Positions 1 through 9,626 of a stretch of 64,000 nt of DNA are shown one piece after another; position 1 is the first letter of the stretch, and every line of letters begins with the position of its first letter. The position numbers were made by a program, and so were the translations under genes. The notes under the pieces are model-generated. The model ran no database searches. It was not told the DNA's origin and was given only the letters and a program-made list of their open reading frames with translations. This stretch comes from an uncultured Anaerolineales bacterium. GTDB taxonomy: Bacteria > Chloroflexota > Anaerolineae > B4-G1 > SLSP01. Location: assembly GCA_964437445.1 (NCBI GenBank), contig CAYTGR010000002.1:52406-116405 (forward strand), written 5' to 3'.

Positions 1-726
1 GTCCAACCGGTCGGCGTCAATCAGCGAGACGTTGAGGATGTCCTGGATGACCTGGCTGAGCCGGTCTACCGCGTCGGCCACTTTTTTCAGCAGATTGCGG
101 GCGGAGCCCTCTTCTTCCAGGCTGCCGGGGATGGCCGGGTTGGCCAACATGATCTGTACGTAGCCATAGATCACGGTGAGCGGTGTGCGCAACTCGTGCC
201 CCGCCAGGATGACGAAGTCTGACTTCATCTTTTCCACCCGCTGCAGCTCGCTGTTCGCCTTCTCCAACTCGCGTACTTTTTCCTCCAGGCGCGCGACCAG
301 GCGCTGGTTGTACTCTAACAGATATTCGGCGCGCTCTTCAATGGAGGAGACTTGATCCTGCATCCCGACCAGGTAAGCCCGCACCTGGTCGGGGAACTGA
401 TCAACGTCAATGGGTTTGGGGATGTAGCCGTTGCAGCCGGCCACCAGGGCCCGTTCCCGGTCTCCCCGCAGCGTCGCCGCGGTGACGGCGACCACCGGGA
501 CCTTTTCCAGCCCTTCCATGGACCGCAAGCGGGTGGTTACTTCATAGCCATCCAGGCCGCTGATGTTGATATCCATCAAGATCAGATCGGGTTTATCTTT
601 GCGCGCCGCTTCAATGGCCGAGATCCCGCTATCGGCCACGGTAACGGTGAACCCTTCCGACATCAAGATGCGCTGGACCAAGCGCTGGCTGGATGGATCA
701 TCCTCAACGTAAAGTATTCTGGTCAT
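1..726 (-). CDS. Hybrid response regulator/histidine kinase (REC + HisKA), 3' end beyond window start
   Basis: Manual translation from ATG at 726: MTRILYVEDDP...DLILMDINI...GYIPKP (receiver), then a coiled coil and H-box GHELRTPL. ATGA overlap with the stop of the upstream gene. Absent from the ORF track because it is truncated. Confidence 0.9.
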   Translation of the reverse strand, partial: MTRILYVEDDPSSQRLVQRILMSEGFTVTVADSGISAIEAARKDKPDLILMDINISGLDGYEVTTRLRSMEGLEKVPVVAVTAATLRGDRERALVAGCNGYIPKPIDVDQFPDQVRAYLVGMQDQVSSIEERAEYLLEYNQRLVARLEEKVRELEKANSELQRVEKMKSDFVILAGHELRTPLTVIYGYVQIMLANPAIPGSLEEEGSARNLLKKVADAVDRLSQVIQDILNVSLIDADRLD

Positions 727-2444
727 ACTTCTTCTCCTTTTTCCCTGCCCAGAAGGGCATTAATCCCTGCCAGGAGGTCCTCATCCATAAAAGAGCCTTT
801 TTGCAACAGCATCTGGATGCGCCCCTGGAGGCGTTGACGTTCGGTGGCAGTCAGCTCTTTGGCAGTAATGACGATGACCGGCAAATCTTTCAGCTGTTCA
901 TCGGCTTTCAATTCGTCCAATACGGCAAAGCCGTCCATATCCGGCATCATCAGGTCCAGTAACACCAGGTCGGGGCGGGTGGCGCGGATCAAATCCAGCC
1001 CTTCGTGACCCGTGTGAGCCTCGGCGATCTGGAAATCGCCGCGGGTTTGAAGGATGCGCCGGAGCAGGCGGGCGGCCTCGGGGTTGTCCTCCACGATCAC
1101 AATGCGGTGCGTGCGGGCATCCAGTTGTTCCAGCGCCCCCAACAGATCTTCGGAGGCGGGTTCCTGGCGGACCGGGGCGACTGGGGCGGCGGCGGCGGCC
1201 GGTACCACTTTGAGCCAGTCTTTCTCCAGTACGAATTTTTCGACCGCGAAGGTGTGCCCGGAGCAGTTAACGACCACTACGTCCTGCCGCTGGATCACGC
1301 CTTTCCCCAGCAGCTTGAAAAGACCGGCGAAGGCGGCTGCGGCCGCCGGCTCCATAGAAATCCCCTCCATTTTTGCCAGCACTTGCAGCGCTCTGAAAAT
1401 TTCCTCGTCGGTCACATCCTCAAAAACGCCCCCGTGTTCCTTGACCACGTGGTAGAGGTGGGTATAAGCCGGGCCAGGCGTGCCGGTGGCAATAGTAATG
1501 ACGCGGGTGGTGGGGTTCAAGACGGGGATGGCCTCAGCGCGGTCAGCGCGGAAGGCCTGGACCATCGGCGCACAGCCGTTCGCCTGGATCAACGCCAGCT
1601 TGGGCACCCGGTCCACCAATCCCATCTGATAGAGCTCCTGGTAGCCTTTCCAGAAGCCGATGGGGCCTAAGCCACCACTGATGGCCTGGATGAACCAGTC
1701 AGGCGCTCGCCAGGGGATGCCGGGTTGGGGCGGGCCGAACCGCTCGGCCAGCTGCTCGGCCAGCTCAAACGCGATCGTTTTCATGCTTTCCCGCGTGCCG
1801 ATGTCGCGCATTCCCCGGTCGGCCAGAATGCCTTTGTGGCTGGCAAAGCGCGCGGCCACCTTCTTGGTGATGTCGTAAGTCGCACTTACCTTGATCACTT
1901 CACTGCCGTAAATCGCGATCTCCCGCATTTTCTCGGGGGGAACCAGACTGGGCAGGAAAGTCCAGAGCTTGATGCCGGCATGGGCCGAGTAAGCCGAATA
2001 GGAGATCGCGACGTTCCCGGTGGAGGCGACCACCAGCTCGGTGACACCGGATTCTTTCATCAGGGAAATCACCAACGCTGCCTGGCGGTCTTTGAAGGAG
2101 TTGGTGGGGTTTTGCCGCTCGTCCTTGATAAAAAGGTTGGGGGTGCCCAACATCATGCCCAGGTTACGGGCGTGCAGCAAGGGTGTGCCCCCTTCTCCCA
2201 TGGTGATCAGGTACTGGTCGTTGCGCAAGGGGAGCAGCTCCCGGTACCGCCACATCTTGAAGGCGCGCGAGCGCAAAATGTCCGGCCAGATGCGACTGAC
2301 CCGCGCGTAGTCATAGCGGGCCTCCTGCCACTCATGGCCGCAGCGTGGGCAGACCGGTGTGGGAATTTGATAAGGATGCCGCTGACCACAGGCGGCACAT
2401 TCCAGTTCGATCTCCAACGGGATAGCAGGGGGACTTAACCACAT
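723..2444 (-). CDS. Threonine synthase-like PLP enzyme fused to a C-terminal receiver domain
   Basis: N-terminal CxxC pairs, PLP lysine motif NPTNSFKDR, ASTGN, SMEPAAAAAFAG. C-terminal IVIVEDN...DLVLLDLMMPDMDG...ITAK receiver. Start placed at ATG 2444 (track TTG 2540 overlaps the promoter). Confidence 0.88.
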   Translation of the reverse strand: MWLSPPAIPLEIELECAACGQRHPYQIPTPVCPRCGHEWQEARYDYARVSRIWPDILRSRAFKMWRYRELLPLRNDQYLITMGEGGTPLLHARNLGMMLGTPNLFIKDERQNPTNSFKDRQAALVISLMKESGVTELVVASTGNVAISYSAYSAHAGIKLWTFLPSLVPPEKMREIAIYGSEVIKVSATYDITKKVAARFASHKGILADRGMRDIGTRESMKTIAFELAEQLAERFGPPQPGIPWRAPDWFIQAISGGLGPIGFWKGYQELYQMGLVDRVPKLALIQANGCAPMVQAFRADRAEAIPVLNPTTRVITIATGTPGPAYTHLYHVVKEHGGVFEDVTDEEIFRALQVLAKMEGISMEPAAAAAFAGLFKLLGKGVIQRQDVVVVNCSGHTFAVEKFVLEKDWLKVVPAAAAAPVAPVRQEPASEDLLGALEQLDARTHRIVIVEDNPEAARLLRRILQTRGDFQIAEAHTGHEGLDLIRATRPDLVLLDLMMPDMDGFAVLDELKADEQLKDLPVIVITAKELTATERQRLQGRIQMLLQKGSFMDEDLLAGINALLGREKGEEV

Positions 2445-2546
2445 GTCAATTGGCTCTCTCTCTATGTTCAGGCTTCTTGAAAAGTTTCCATAGCGAAATA
2501 TTACTCCCCTATAGAGTATCATAAGTTGTGAGAAGGGCAAGTTTTA

Positions 2547-2573
2547 TTCTTAAAAAGGGGGACTTTTTAAGAA
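2547..2573. promoter_or_regulatory. 11-bp perfect inverted repeat in a divergent promoter region (candidate operator)
   Basis: TTCTTAAAAAG-GGGGA-CTTTTTAAGAA. Confidence 0.45.
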
Positions 2574-2640
2574 ATGAGCCGTGACGGTGTTGAAAAAGGC
2601 GGTTGGCCTGAAAATTGCCTGCTCCTTTTTCCATGACAGT

Positions 2641-2669
2641 TTGTCATTTCTCCAACTTGCTCTTATAAT
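2641..2669 (+). promoter_or_regulatory. Sigma70-type promoter of the kinase operon
   Basis: TTGTCA (2641-2646), 17 nt, TATAAT (2664-2669); about 100 nt upstream of ATG 2768. Confidence 0.75.
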
Positions 2670-2767
2670 CATAGTAGTATTGGTGACCTAGGTGGGTAGA
2701 TAACGCAAATTGTCGTGGGGTCATAGGCCGGGGAAGACCATTGGGGGGATTATTATTGAAGGGTGAT

Positions 2768-4867
2768 ATGGCAAACTCAGACGATTCTGCCCAACGCAAC
2801 ATTCCACCTCAAGATCTGGGGACGCGCCAGATCCGGGGACTCTCGCAGCGTTTGCGCCGCCCGCTGACGCCGGAGGCCAATCTGCCGCCTGATGCCGCTC
2901 CGCCCGCGCCACCACCGGAGCCGGCGGAATCTGCTCCGCCGCTGGCTGAGGCAACTGTGCCGCCGGCTCCCCAACCGCCGCCGGCAGATTCTTCGCTGCA
3001 CACGCGCCCGGTCAGCTCACAGGCTAAACCGTCACGGGATGGCCTGTTGACTGAGGGGACGATCCTGCAATCGCGGTACAAGATCTTGGGGGTCATCGGA
3101 ATCGGTGGGATGGGGGCCGTGTACAAAGCCCAGGATTTGCGTTTTGCCAACGTGACTCGCATTTGCGCGGTCAAAGAGATGATCAACACGGCGACCGATC
3201 CGCAGGTGCGGCAGATGATCGTTCACAACTTTGAGCGGGAAGCCAGTATTCTGGCGACGCTCAGCCATCCGGCTATCCCGCAGGTCTACGATTTTTTCAC
3301 GGAGGGAGCGCGCAGCTACCTGGCGCTGGAGTTCATCAACGGCAAGGACCTGGAAGCCATCCTATCGGAGACGGAAGGATTTATCTCTGAAGTCCAGGTC
3401 ATTGACTGGGCGATCCAGTTGTGTGATGTTTTGATGTATTTGCACAGTCACAAGCCCCGGCCGATTATCTTCCGCGACTTGAAACCCTCCAATATCATGC
3501 TGGACGACCACGACCGGATCCGGTTGGTAGACTTTGGCATCGCCAAGCTTTTCCAGAGCGGGGAGCGAGGCACCATGATCGGGACGGAAGGGTATTCGCC
3601 CCCTGAGCAGTACCGGGGGATGGCCGAACCGCGCAACGACATCTATTCTTTGGGGGCGACACTCCACCATCTGTTGAGCAAACAGGACCCGCGTCTGGAG
3701 CCACCGTTTTCTTTCCATGAGCGGCCGATCCACAAGACCAATCCCACCGTCTCGCGGGAGCTGACCGAGATTGTGGAGAAGGCGCTGATGTACGACGTCA
3801 ACCAGCGCTGGGGCTCGGCCGATGAGATGAAACGGGCCTTGCTGACCCTCCCCGGTGCACGGGGGATCGCGGGCGGGGCTCCCAAAGAGACGGCGGCTTT
3901 CGCCGCGGGCAGTGTCAAGCCGCTCTGGCGCTTTGCCTGTGAGGACGAAATCCGGGTGGCGGTGGCTGTGTCAGAAGGGGTGGTCTATGTGCCCTCCTAT
4001 GACCACAATGTCTACGCTTTGGAAGCGTCTTCCGGCAAGTTCATGTGGAAGTATGCCACGGAAGGAGGCATTGCTTCCACTCCCTGGGTGCTGGAGGATT
4101 TTGTGGTCTTTGGCTCCACCGATACAGTAGTTTACGCCGTGGAAGCCCGGACCGGACGGTTAGTCTGGACTGCGCCCACCAAGGGGAAGATTTTCTCCTC
4201 GCCCTACGGTGAATTTGGGCACCTGTTTATCGGTTCAGATGATAGCAACTTGTATGCGATCCATGGGCCGAGCGGCCGGATCGCCTGGACCTATCATGCC
4301 GATGGGCAGGTCCGTACGCGCCCCATTCTACAGGAAAATATGATTTTCTTTGCCTGCCAGATGGGCATGGTCTACGCCTTGGGGCTTAACCGGGAGCTCA
4401 AATGGCGTTTCCACGCCCGGCGCGGGTTCCTGGCCGCCCCCACGCTGGGCAAAGGATTGGTTTTGATCGGTTCGCTGGACTGGAACCTGTATGCTCTGGA
4501 CCTGCGTTCCGGTTGGACGGCCTGGCGCTATCACACCGGTGGGTCCATCGTCTCCACGGCGGCCGTGGCTGAAAATCTGGTGTTGTTTGGCTCGGCCGAC
4601 AACTTCATTTATGCGTTGGATACAGCGGAGGGCCGGTTAGTCTGGCGCTATCAAACGGAGGGGCAGGTGACAGGCTCACCAGCCGTCTACGGGGAAAATG
4701 TCTATATCGGCGGGGTTGACGGATCGCTCTACTGTTTAGAGGTACGCACGGGGAAGCTGCGCTGGCGCTATCAGATGGGCGGCGCCATCACCGGGGCTCC
4801 GGTGATTGAAGACGGTGTGCTTTACATTGGCTCCAATGACCGTTACGTTTACGCTATTCCGGCCTGA
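2768..4867 (+). CDS. Hanks-type Ser/Thr kinase with C-terminal PQQ-like beta-propeller (AfsK-like architecture)
   Basis: GIGGMGAVY, AVKE, RDLKPSN, DFG and GTEGYSPPE motifs; repeated 'G..vW.y' propeller blades; Pro-rich N-terminus; no transmembrane helix seen. Confidence 0.93.
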   Translation: MANSDDSAQRNIPPQDLGTRQIRGLSQRLRRPLTPEANLPPDAAPPAPPPEPAESAPPLAEATVPPAPQPPPADSSLHTRPVSSQAKPSRDGLLTEGTILQSRYKILGVIGIGGMGAVYKAQDLRFANVTRICAVKEMINTATDPQVRQMIVHNFEREASILATLSHPAIPQVYDFFTEGARSYLALEFINGKDLEAILSETEGFISEVQVIDWAIQLCDVLMYLHSHKPRPIIFRDLKPSNIMLDDHDRIRLVDFGIAKLFQSGERGTMIGTEGYSPPEQYRGMAEPRNDIYSLGATLHHLLSKQDPRLEPPFSFHERPIHKTNPTVSRELTEIVEKALMYDVNQRWGSADEMKRALLTLPGARGIAGGAPKETAAFAAGSVKPLWRFACEDEIRVAVAVSEGVVYVPSYDHNVYALEASSGKFMWKYATEGGIASTPWVLEDFVVFGSTDTVVYAVEARTGRLVWTAPTKGKIFSSPYGEFGHLFIGSDDSNLYAIHGPSGRIAWTYHADGQVRTRPILQENMIFFACQMGMVYALGLNRELKWRFHARRGFLAAPTLGKGLVLIGSLDWNLYALDLRSGWTAWRYHTGGSIVSTAAVAENLVLFGSADNFIYALDTAEGRLVWRYQTEGQVTGSPAVYGENVYIGGVDGSLYCLEVRTGKLRWRYQMGGAITGAPVIEDGVLYIGSNDRYVYAIPA

Positions 4868-4887
4868 GCCAGTAAGGTGAACGAATC

Positions 4888-5835
4888 ATGCGACAGTGGA
4901 TTGGTTGGTTAAGTGATCGGCTGAGAGCCAGAGGGGCAGAATCCCCGGCCGATGTATCGGATACGCCCCCCTTGCCGGAATTCATGCCTGAATTAACGTT
5001 GGAAGAATCGGAAGAAAAAACTATGACAATGCCTCTACCACTTTCAAAACAGCCGGCTCATTTGATCAGGTTGGCCTGGAAGACCGACGTAGGACAATTG
5101 CGCAACCATAATGAGGATACCCTGGTTGTTTTTCTGGGCCAGCAGGAGGGGATGGTGCCCCTGGTCTCGTTTGGATTGTGCATTGTGGCCGATGGGATGG
5201 GAGGGCATCAGGCCGGTGAATTGGCCAGCGCGCTGGCCAGCCGTGTCGTGGCCAGCTATCTGCTGGAACATGTCTACCTTCCCTTGTTGCAGGAAGACGC
5301 CCCGGAACCCGAGCCGGATTCGTTGGCCGAGATGGTGCGGACGGCCATTGCCCAGGCCAATGACGCGGTCATTGAGACCTTCCCGGGCAGTGGCACAACC
5401 CTCACCAGCGCCCTGCTGTTGGGGGCCCATTTGTTGATTGGACATGTGGGTGACAGCCGGGCCTACCTGTTGCGGCCGGAGGATGGCCTCCAGCAGCTAA
5501 CCGCGGACCATTCATTGGTTTACCGGTTGGTGGAAATGGGGCAACTCAGCCCCGAGGAAGCGGGGGTACACCCGCAGCGTAACGTTCTGTACCAGGCAGT
5601 GGGCCAGGGAGCGCCATTGCAAGTGGATGTGATAGCGCAGACTTTGCAACCTGGCGAGCGGGTGCTCCTGTGCAGTGATGGACTGTGGGAGATGGTCAAC
5701 GATGCGACTATCCAGCGTCTCGTTGAGGAATCCTCCTCCATCCAGGCTGCCTGCGAGTCCCTGGTCGGTGCCGCCAACGAGGCCGGCGGCACCGATAACA
5801 TCACTGTGATGATGGCAGAACTAGCTGAGAGTTAG
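4888..5835 (+). CDS. PP2C/PPM family Ser/Thr phosphatase
   Basis: RNHNED, VADGMGGH, HVGDSRAY, LCSDGLW and GGTDNITV motifs. Confidence 0.93.
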   Translation: MRQWIGWLSDRLRARGAESPADVSDTPPLPEFMPELTLEESEEKTMTMPLPLSKQPAHLIRLAWKTDVGQLRNHNEDTLVVFLGQQEGMVPLVSFGLCIVADGMGGHQAGELASALASRVVASYLLEHVYLPLLQEDAPEPEPDSLAEMVRTAIAQANDAVIETFPGSGTTLTSALLLGAHLLIGHVGDSRAYLLRPEDGLQQLTADHSLVYRLVEMGQLSPEEAGVHPQRNVLYQAVGQGAPLQVDVIAQTLQPGERVLLCSDGLWEMVNDATIQRLVEESSSIQAACESLVGAANEAGGTDNITVMMAELAES

Positions 5836-5844
5836 GATTGTAAC

Positions 5845-7305
5845 ATGGGTGCGTTTGATCCAGAAAAAGATTATTACGCCGCTTTGGGCGTCCCTGTGGA
5901 GGCCAGTGAAGAGGAGATCAAAGTGGCCTACCGCGATCTGGCGCGCCGTTACCATCCAGATTCCGGTGGCGATGCGGAGCGCTTCCGCCAGATCCAAGAG
6001 GCCTATGAGATCTTGCGCGATCCCACTCTACATCGGGCTTACGACCGTCAACGCGAAAGCCGGGGATTGTCTCAGGAATCGCCCTTAGTAATAGGATTGA
6101 CCCTCAACCGGACCAACATGCAACCGCTGGAAGTCCCCCAGATGCTTTATGTGCTGGTGGATATCCGGCCGCGTGTGGATCTGCCGAGCCAACGGCTCCC
6201 GTTGAACTTGGCTTTGGTGATTGACCGCAGCACCTCTATGCAGGGAGTGCGGATGGAGAACGTGAAGCTGGCCGCCCTGGACCTGGTGGAGTCGTTGTTG
6301 CCCGGCGATCGTCTCTCGCTGGTGGCCTTCAGCGATCGGGCCGAGGTGATCGCTTCGGGGCTGTCGGTCAGCGATAAACGCGCTTTGCGCTCGGCCATTT
6401 CGGCCCTCATGCCCGGCGGCGGAACCGAGATCTGCCGCGGGTTGACGGCCGGCCTGGACGAGCTCCGCCGTTACGTCAGTGATCAATATCTCAACCACTT
6501 GATCTTGCTGACCGATGGGCGTACTTATGGGGATGAAGAGCAATCTTTGAGCGAGGTGCGGCGGGCCGGTGCCCAAAAGATCGGCATTTCCGCGTTAGGA
6601 ATTGGCGAGGACTGGAACGATCTTTTCCTGGATGCCCTGGCGCGTCAGGGGGGTGGAATCTGCCAGTATATCCGTTCACCCTCACAGGTGCGGCAGTTGT
6701 TGCGCGATCAAATCCGTGGCCTCAGTGCCGTGGTGGCCCGCCAGGTGCGATTGGTCATCAATCCTGCGCCCAATGTCAAAATCCAGGCGGCGTTCCGGGC
6801 GGCCCCTTACATGGAATATCTCACGCTGGAAAACGGTACGACGCTGAAGTTGGGCAACATGGGGGTGGATGAGCCGATTGCGTTAATCCTGGACCTGGTC
6901 GTCCAGCAGCCGGAACCGGGGGAGCGACGCCTGGCCCGGTTGGAATTGGAGGCCGCAACAGCCAACGACACTGCTGTGACACTTCAGTTGCGCCGGGATC
7001 TGGCGATGACCTTTTCTTACAGCGCCCAGGATGAGCCGGTCCCTGGTCGGTTGTTGAATATGCTGTCACGGTTGAGCATTTTCCGGCTACAAGAGCGGGC
7101 TTGGGAACTGGCGGAATCTGGCGACGTTCAGCAAGCGACGAATATGTTGCAAGCGGCGGCAACGCGGCTCTTTGACCTGGGTTACAAGGAATTGGCCCAG
7201 GTGGCATTGACCGAAGTGGGGCGGCTTTCTGCCGGGGGAGCCCCCACCTCGGAAGGTCGGAAGCGTGTACGCTATGGCACACGAAGTTTAACCAGTCCTG
7301 TTTAG
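5845..7305 (+). CDS. DnaJ-domain / vWA-domain fusion protein
   Basis: J domain (DYYAALGV...RYHPD); vWA MIDAS motifs DRSTS, GGT and LLTDG. Confidence 0.88.
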   Translation: MGAFDPEKDYYAALGVPVEASEEEIKVAYRDLARRYHPDSGGDAERFRQIQEAYEILRDPTLHRAYDRQRESRGLSQESPLVIGLTLNRTNMQPLEVPQMLYVLVDIRPRVDLPSQRLPLNLALVIDRSTSMQGVRMENVKLAALDLVESLLPGDRLSLVAFSDRAEVIASGLSVSDKRALRSAISALMPGGGTEICRGLTAGLDELRRYVSDQYLNHLILLTDGRTYGDEEQSLSEVRRAGAQKIGISALGIGEDWNDLFLDALARQGGGICQYIRSPSQVRQLLRDQIRGLSAVVARQVRLVINPAPNVKIQAAFRAAPYMEYLTLENGTTLKLGNMGVDEPIALILDLVVQQPEPGERRLARLELEAATANDTAVTLQLRRDLAMTFSYSAQDEPVPGRLLNMLSRLSIFRLQERAWELAESGDVQQATNMLQAAATRLFDLGYKELAQVALTEVGRLSAGGAPTSEGRKRVRYGTRSLTSPV

Positions 7306-7317
7306 GAGGGGCGAAAA

Positions 7318-7845
7318 ATGCCTGACAAGAGTGTAAAAGTCATTTGTCCGTCTTGTGGTGCCGAGAATTTGACGGGTACGTTGTTTTGTGTGCAGTGTGG
7401 CATTTATCTACCCTTTGGTGGGCCGTTGCGGACGGAGCCGCTTCCGGAGCAGGGCCAGGGCCAGCGGCCGACGGCGACTGACCGGCGTACGGATACGCAG
7501 GAGGGGAAGGCCCTGAGTCTGGAGATGGAAATCCTGGATACCGGGCGTAAAGTTTGGTTGTCGGCCGAGCGCGAAATTTTGGTCGGCCGGCTGGATGCAG
7601 CGCATGGTATTTTCCCTGAGCTGGATTTGGGAGTAGACGGTGGGTTGGAGCACGGTGTCTCCCGCCGTCAGGCTCGCATTTATACCAAGGATGGGGTCTG
7701 TCTGTTGGAGGACCTGGATAGCACTAACGGCACTTTTCTCAACGGCGAGCGGTTGACCCCTTATTTGCCCTACACTTTGCACAACGAAGATGTTTTGACC
7801 TTCGGCACCATGCGCCTGAAGATCTATATTTACACCAGTAAATAG
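7318..7845 (+). CDS. Zinc-ribbon + FHA domain protein
   Basis: CPSCG...FCVQCG; FHA motifs VGR, VSRRQA and STNGTFLNG. Confidence 0.88.
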   Translation: MPDKSVKVICPSCGAENLTGTLFCVQCGIYLPFGGPLRTEPLPEQGQGQRPTATDRRTDTQEGKALSLEMEILDTGRKVWLSAEREILVGRLDAAHGIFPELDLGVDGGLEHGVSRRQARIYTKDGVCLLEDLDSTNGTFLNGERLTPYLPYTLHNEDVLTFGTMRLKIYIYTSK

Positions 7846-7862
7846 CCCGGCGGAGGGGAACG

Positions 7863-8105
7863 ATGCCTTATACGATTCTTATTCATTTACTCAATGAGGA
7901 CCCCGTGGTTGGGGAAGTGGAGGAATTGCCCGAGGCCAGCATCAGCTTCCTCAAAGTGACCAGCCCGCGCTTGCGCGATGGCCGGGATGTGCCCTATCTC
8001 ATGCCAGAAACGGCCACTGTGCTCTACCCCTTGGGCCGCATTCATAGTGTGGAGATCTTGCCGACTGAGGGAGAGGAAAAGATTGTCACTTTCATCCGGG
8101 AGTAG
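7863..8105 (+). CDS. Small hypothetical protein (80 aa, beta-rich)
   Basis: RBS GGAGG upstream, tight operon spacing, globular-looking sequence. Confidence 0.7.
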   Translation: MPYTILIHLLNEDPVVGEVEELPEASISFLKVTSPRLRDGRDVPYLMPETATVLYPLGRIHSVEILPTEGEEKIVTFIRE

Positions 8106-8838
8106 CAGTTCTCAGAGCCATCCGTTGGTTTTGATCGTGGACGACGAGCCACGGATCATCCGCTTTGTCCGGATTAACCTGGAAATGGAAGGGTTCCGGG
8201 TGGTGGAGGCCCGGAACGGCCTGGAGGCTTTGGATCAGGTGCGGGAGAAGATGCCGGACCTGGTGTTGTTGGATGTGATGATGCCGGAGATGGATGGGTT
8301 TGAGACGCTCCGGCTCATCCGTGAGACTTCCAACGTGCCGGTGATCATGCTGACGGTACGCAACGAAGAGGAGGATAAAATCCACGGGCTGGACCTGGGG
8401 GCGGATGACTACGTGACCAAGCCGTTCAGCCCCCGCGAGCTGGTCAGCCGGGTCCGGGCGGTGTTGCGCCGGATGCAGCCGCTCACTCCGGCGGGCTCTT
8501 CCGTGCTGGAGGTGGATGAGCGTCTCAGCGTGGATTTTAATACCGGCGAGGTGATTGTGGCCGGGGAGCGGATCAAACTGCGGCCTACCGAATTCCGCCT
8601 GCTCCGCCAGCTCATTGAGAACGCCGGCTGGACGGTGCCGCATGCGACCCTGTTGGCCAAAGTGTGGGGCTATGAATATCAGGACGCCACTCCTTACCTG
8701 CGTCTTTACATCAACTACCTGCGACAAAAAATAGAGCCGGATCCCGAACACCCACGTTATATATTTACGGAACGAGGGTTGGGGTACCGTTTTGTGGAAC
8801 TGGCGCCACCCGCCAAAAGCGCCGCCGGGGCTAAATAG
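8083..8838 (+). CDS. OmpR/KdpE-family response regulator
   Basis: [27 protein letters not shown] and winged helix ([16 protein letters not shown]...TERGLGYRF). Start uncertain: TTG 8083 after GAGGA is preferred. Confidence 0.9.
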   Translation: MSLSSGSSSSQSHPLVLIVDDEPRIIRFVRINLEMEGFRVVEARNGLEALDQVREKMPDLVLLDVMMPEMDGFETLRLIRETSNVPVIMLTVRNEEEDKIHGLDLGADDYVTKPFSPRELVSRVRAVLRRMQPLTPAGSSVLEVDERLSVDFNTGEVIVAGERIKLRPTEFRLLRQLIENAGWTVPHATLLAKVWGYEYQDATPYLRLYINYLRQKIEPDPEHPRYIFTERGLGYRFVELAPPAKSAAGAK

Positions 8839-8899
8839 TCTCGCCGGCCGTAGTCATCTCAATAATCAGACGTGAGAAAGGTTTTCAGGGGAGGGAACG

Positions 8900-9433
8900 A
8901 TGCCTGCTTATAAAATTGTGGTCGCCGGTCCCTTTAATGCGGGAAAAACGGCCTTTATCCGCACGGTCAGCGATATTGAGATTGTCACCACCGAGCGGCG
9001 GGTCACCAATCCCGAAGTGGCGGCAGTGAAGGAAGAAACGACGGTAGCCATGGATTATGGCCGCACGCGGCTGGGCGATGTGGTGTTGCATCTCTACGGG
9101 ATGCCCGGGCAGAGCCGGTTTGAATTTATGTGGGATATTTTGATGCGGGAGATGGACGGGTTTATCCTGATGGTGGATAGCGAAGACCGCGCCAGCCTGA
9201 TGGAGGTCAAACAGCTCTTGCGGCTCTACCGGCGCGGCGGGCGTGTGCCCTTTGTGATTGCCGCCAACAAGCAGGATGGCAGTGCTCCGCTGCCCCCCGC
9301 CGAGATCGCCCGCCTGCTCAACCTGCCGGAAGCGGTCCCCGTGGTGGCCTGTGTGGCGCTGGATCCGGCGCGCGCCCGCCCGGTCCTGGAGACAATGGTG
9401 CAGCTGTTAACGCGGGCCAAAGCGGCTGCCTGA
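8900..9433 (+). CDS. Small Ras-like GTPase, MglA/CvnD family
   Basis: G1 GPFNAGKT, TTVAMDYG, G3-like YGMPGQ.RF and G4 NKQD. Confidence 0.85.
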   Translation: MPAYKIVVAGPFNAGKTAFIRTVSDIEIVTTERRVTNPEVAAVKEETTVAMDYGRTRLGDVVLHLYGMPGQSRFEFMWDILMREMDGFILMVDSEDRASLMEVKQLLRLYRRGGRVPFVIAANKQDGSAPLPPAEIARLLNLPEAVPVVACVALDPARARPVLETMVQLLTRAKAAA

Positions 9434-9494
9434 ACGGTGCCTTGTCGCGTCTCATTCCGGGCCGGGAGCCTCCCCGGTCGTAGCTGGAACTTTT

Positions 9495-9525
9495 CACAGC
9501 CCCCCTGACCGGGGGCTGTGTTATT
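9495..9525 (+). terminator. Probable intrinsic terminator between convergent genes
   Basis: CACAGCCCCC / GGGGGCTGTG 10-bp stem, 6-nt loop, followed by TTATT. Confidence 0.6.
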
Positions 9526-9528
9526 GTA

Positions 9529-9603
9529 CACGAATGGGGCACGAATACACGAATCACAGGCGGGGGCACTACGGCCGTTTGTGAACTCGTGTCCCGATTT
9601 GTG
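9529..9603. repeat. CACGAAT-type imperfect inverted repeat element
   Basis: ACACGAAT...CACGAATACACGAAT then GTGAACTCGTG...ATTTGTGG. A related copy lies at 20203-20238 (CCACGAAT...ATTCGTGTATTTGTGG). Confidence 0.45.
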
Positions 9604-9626
9604 GACGGCAGGGGGCGGCCGGGCAG

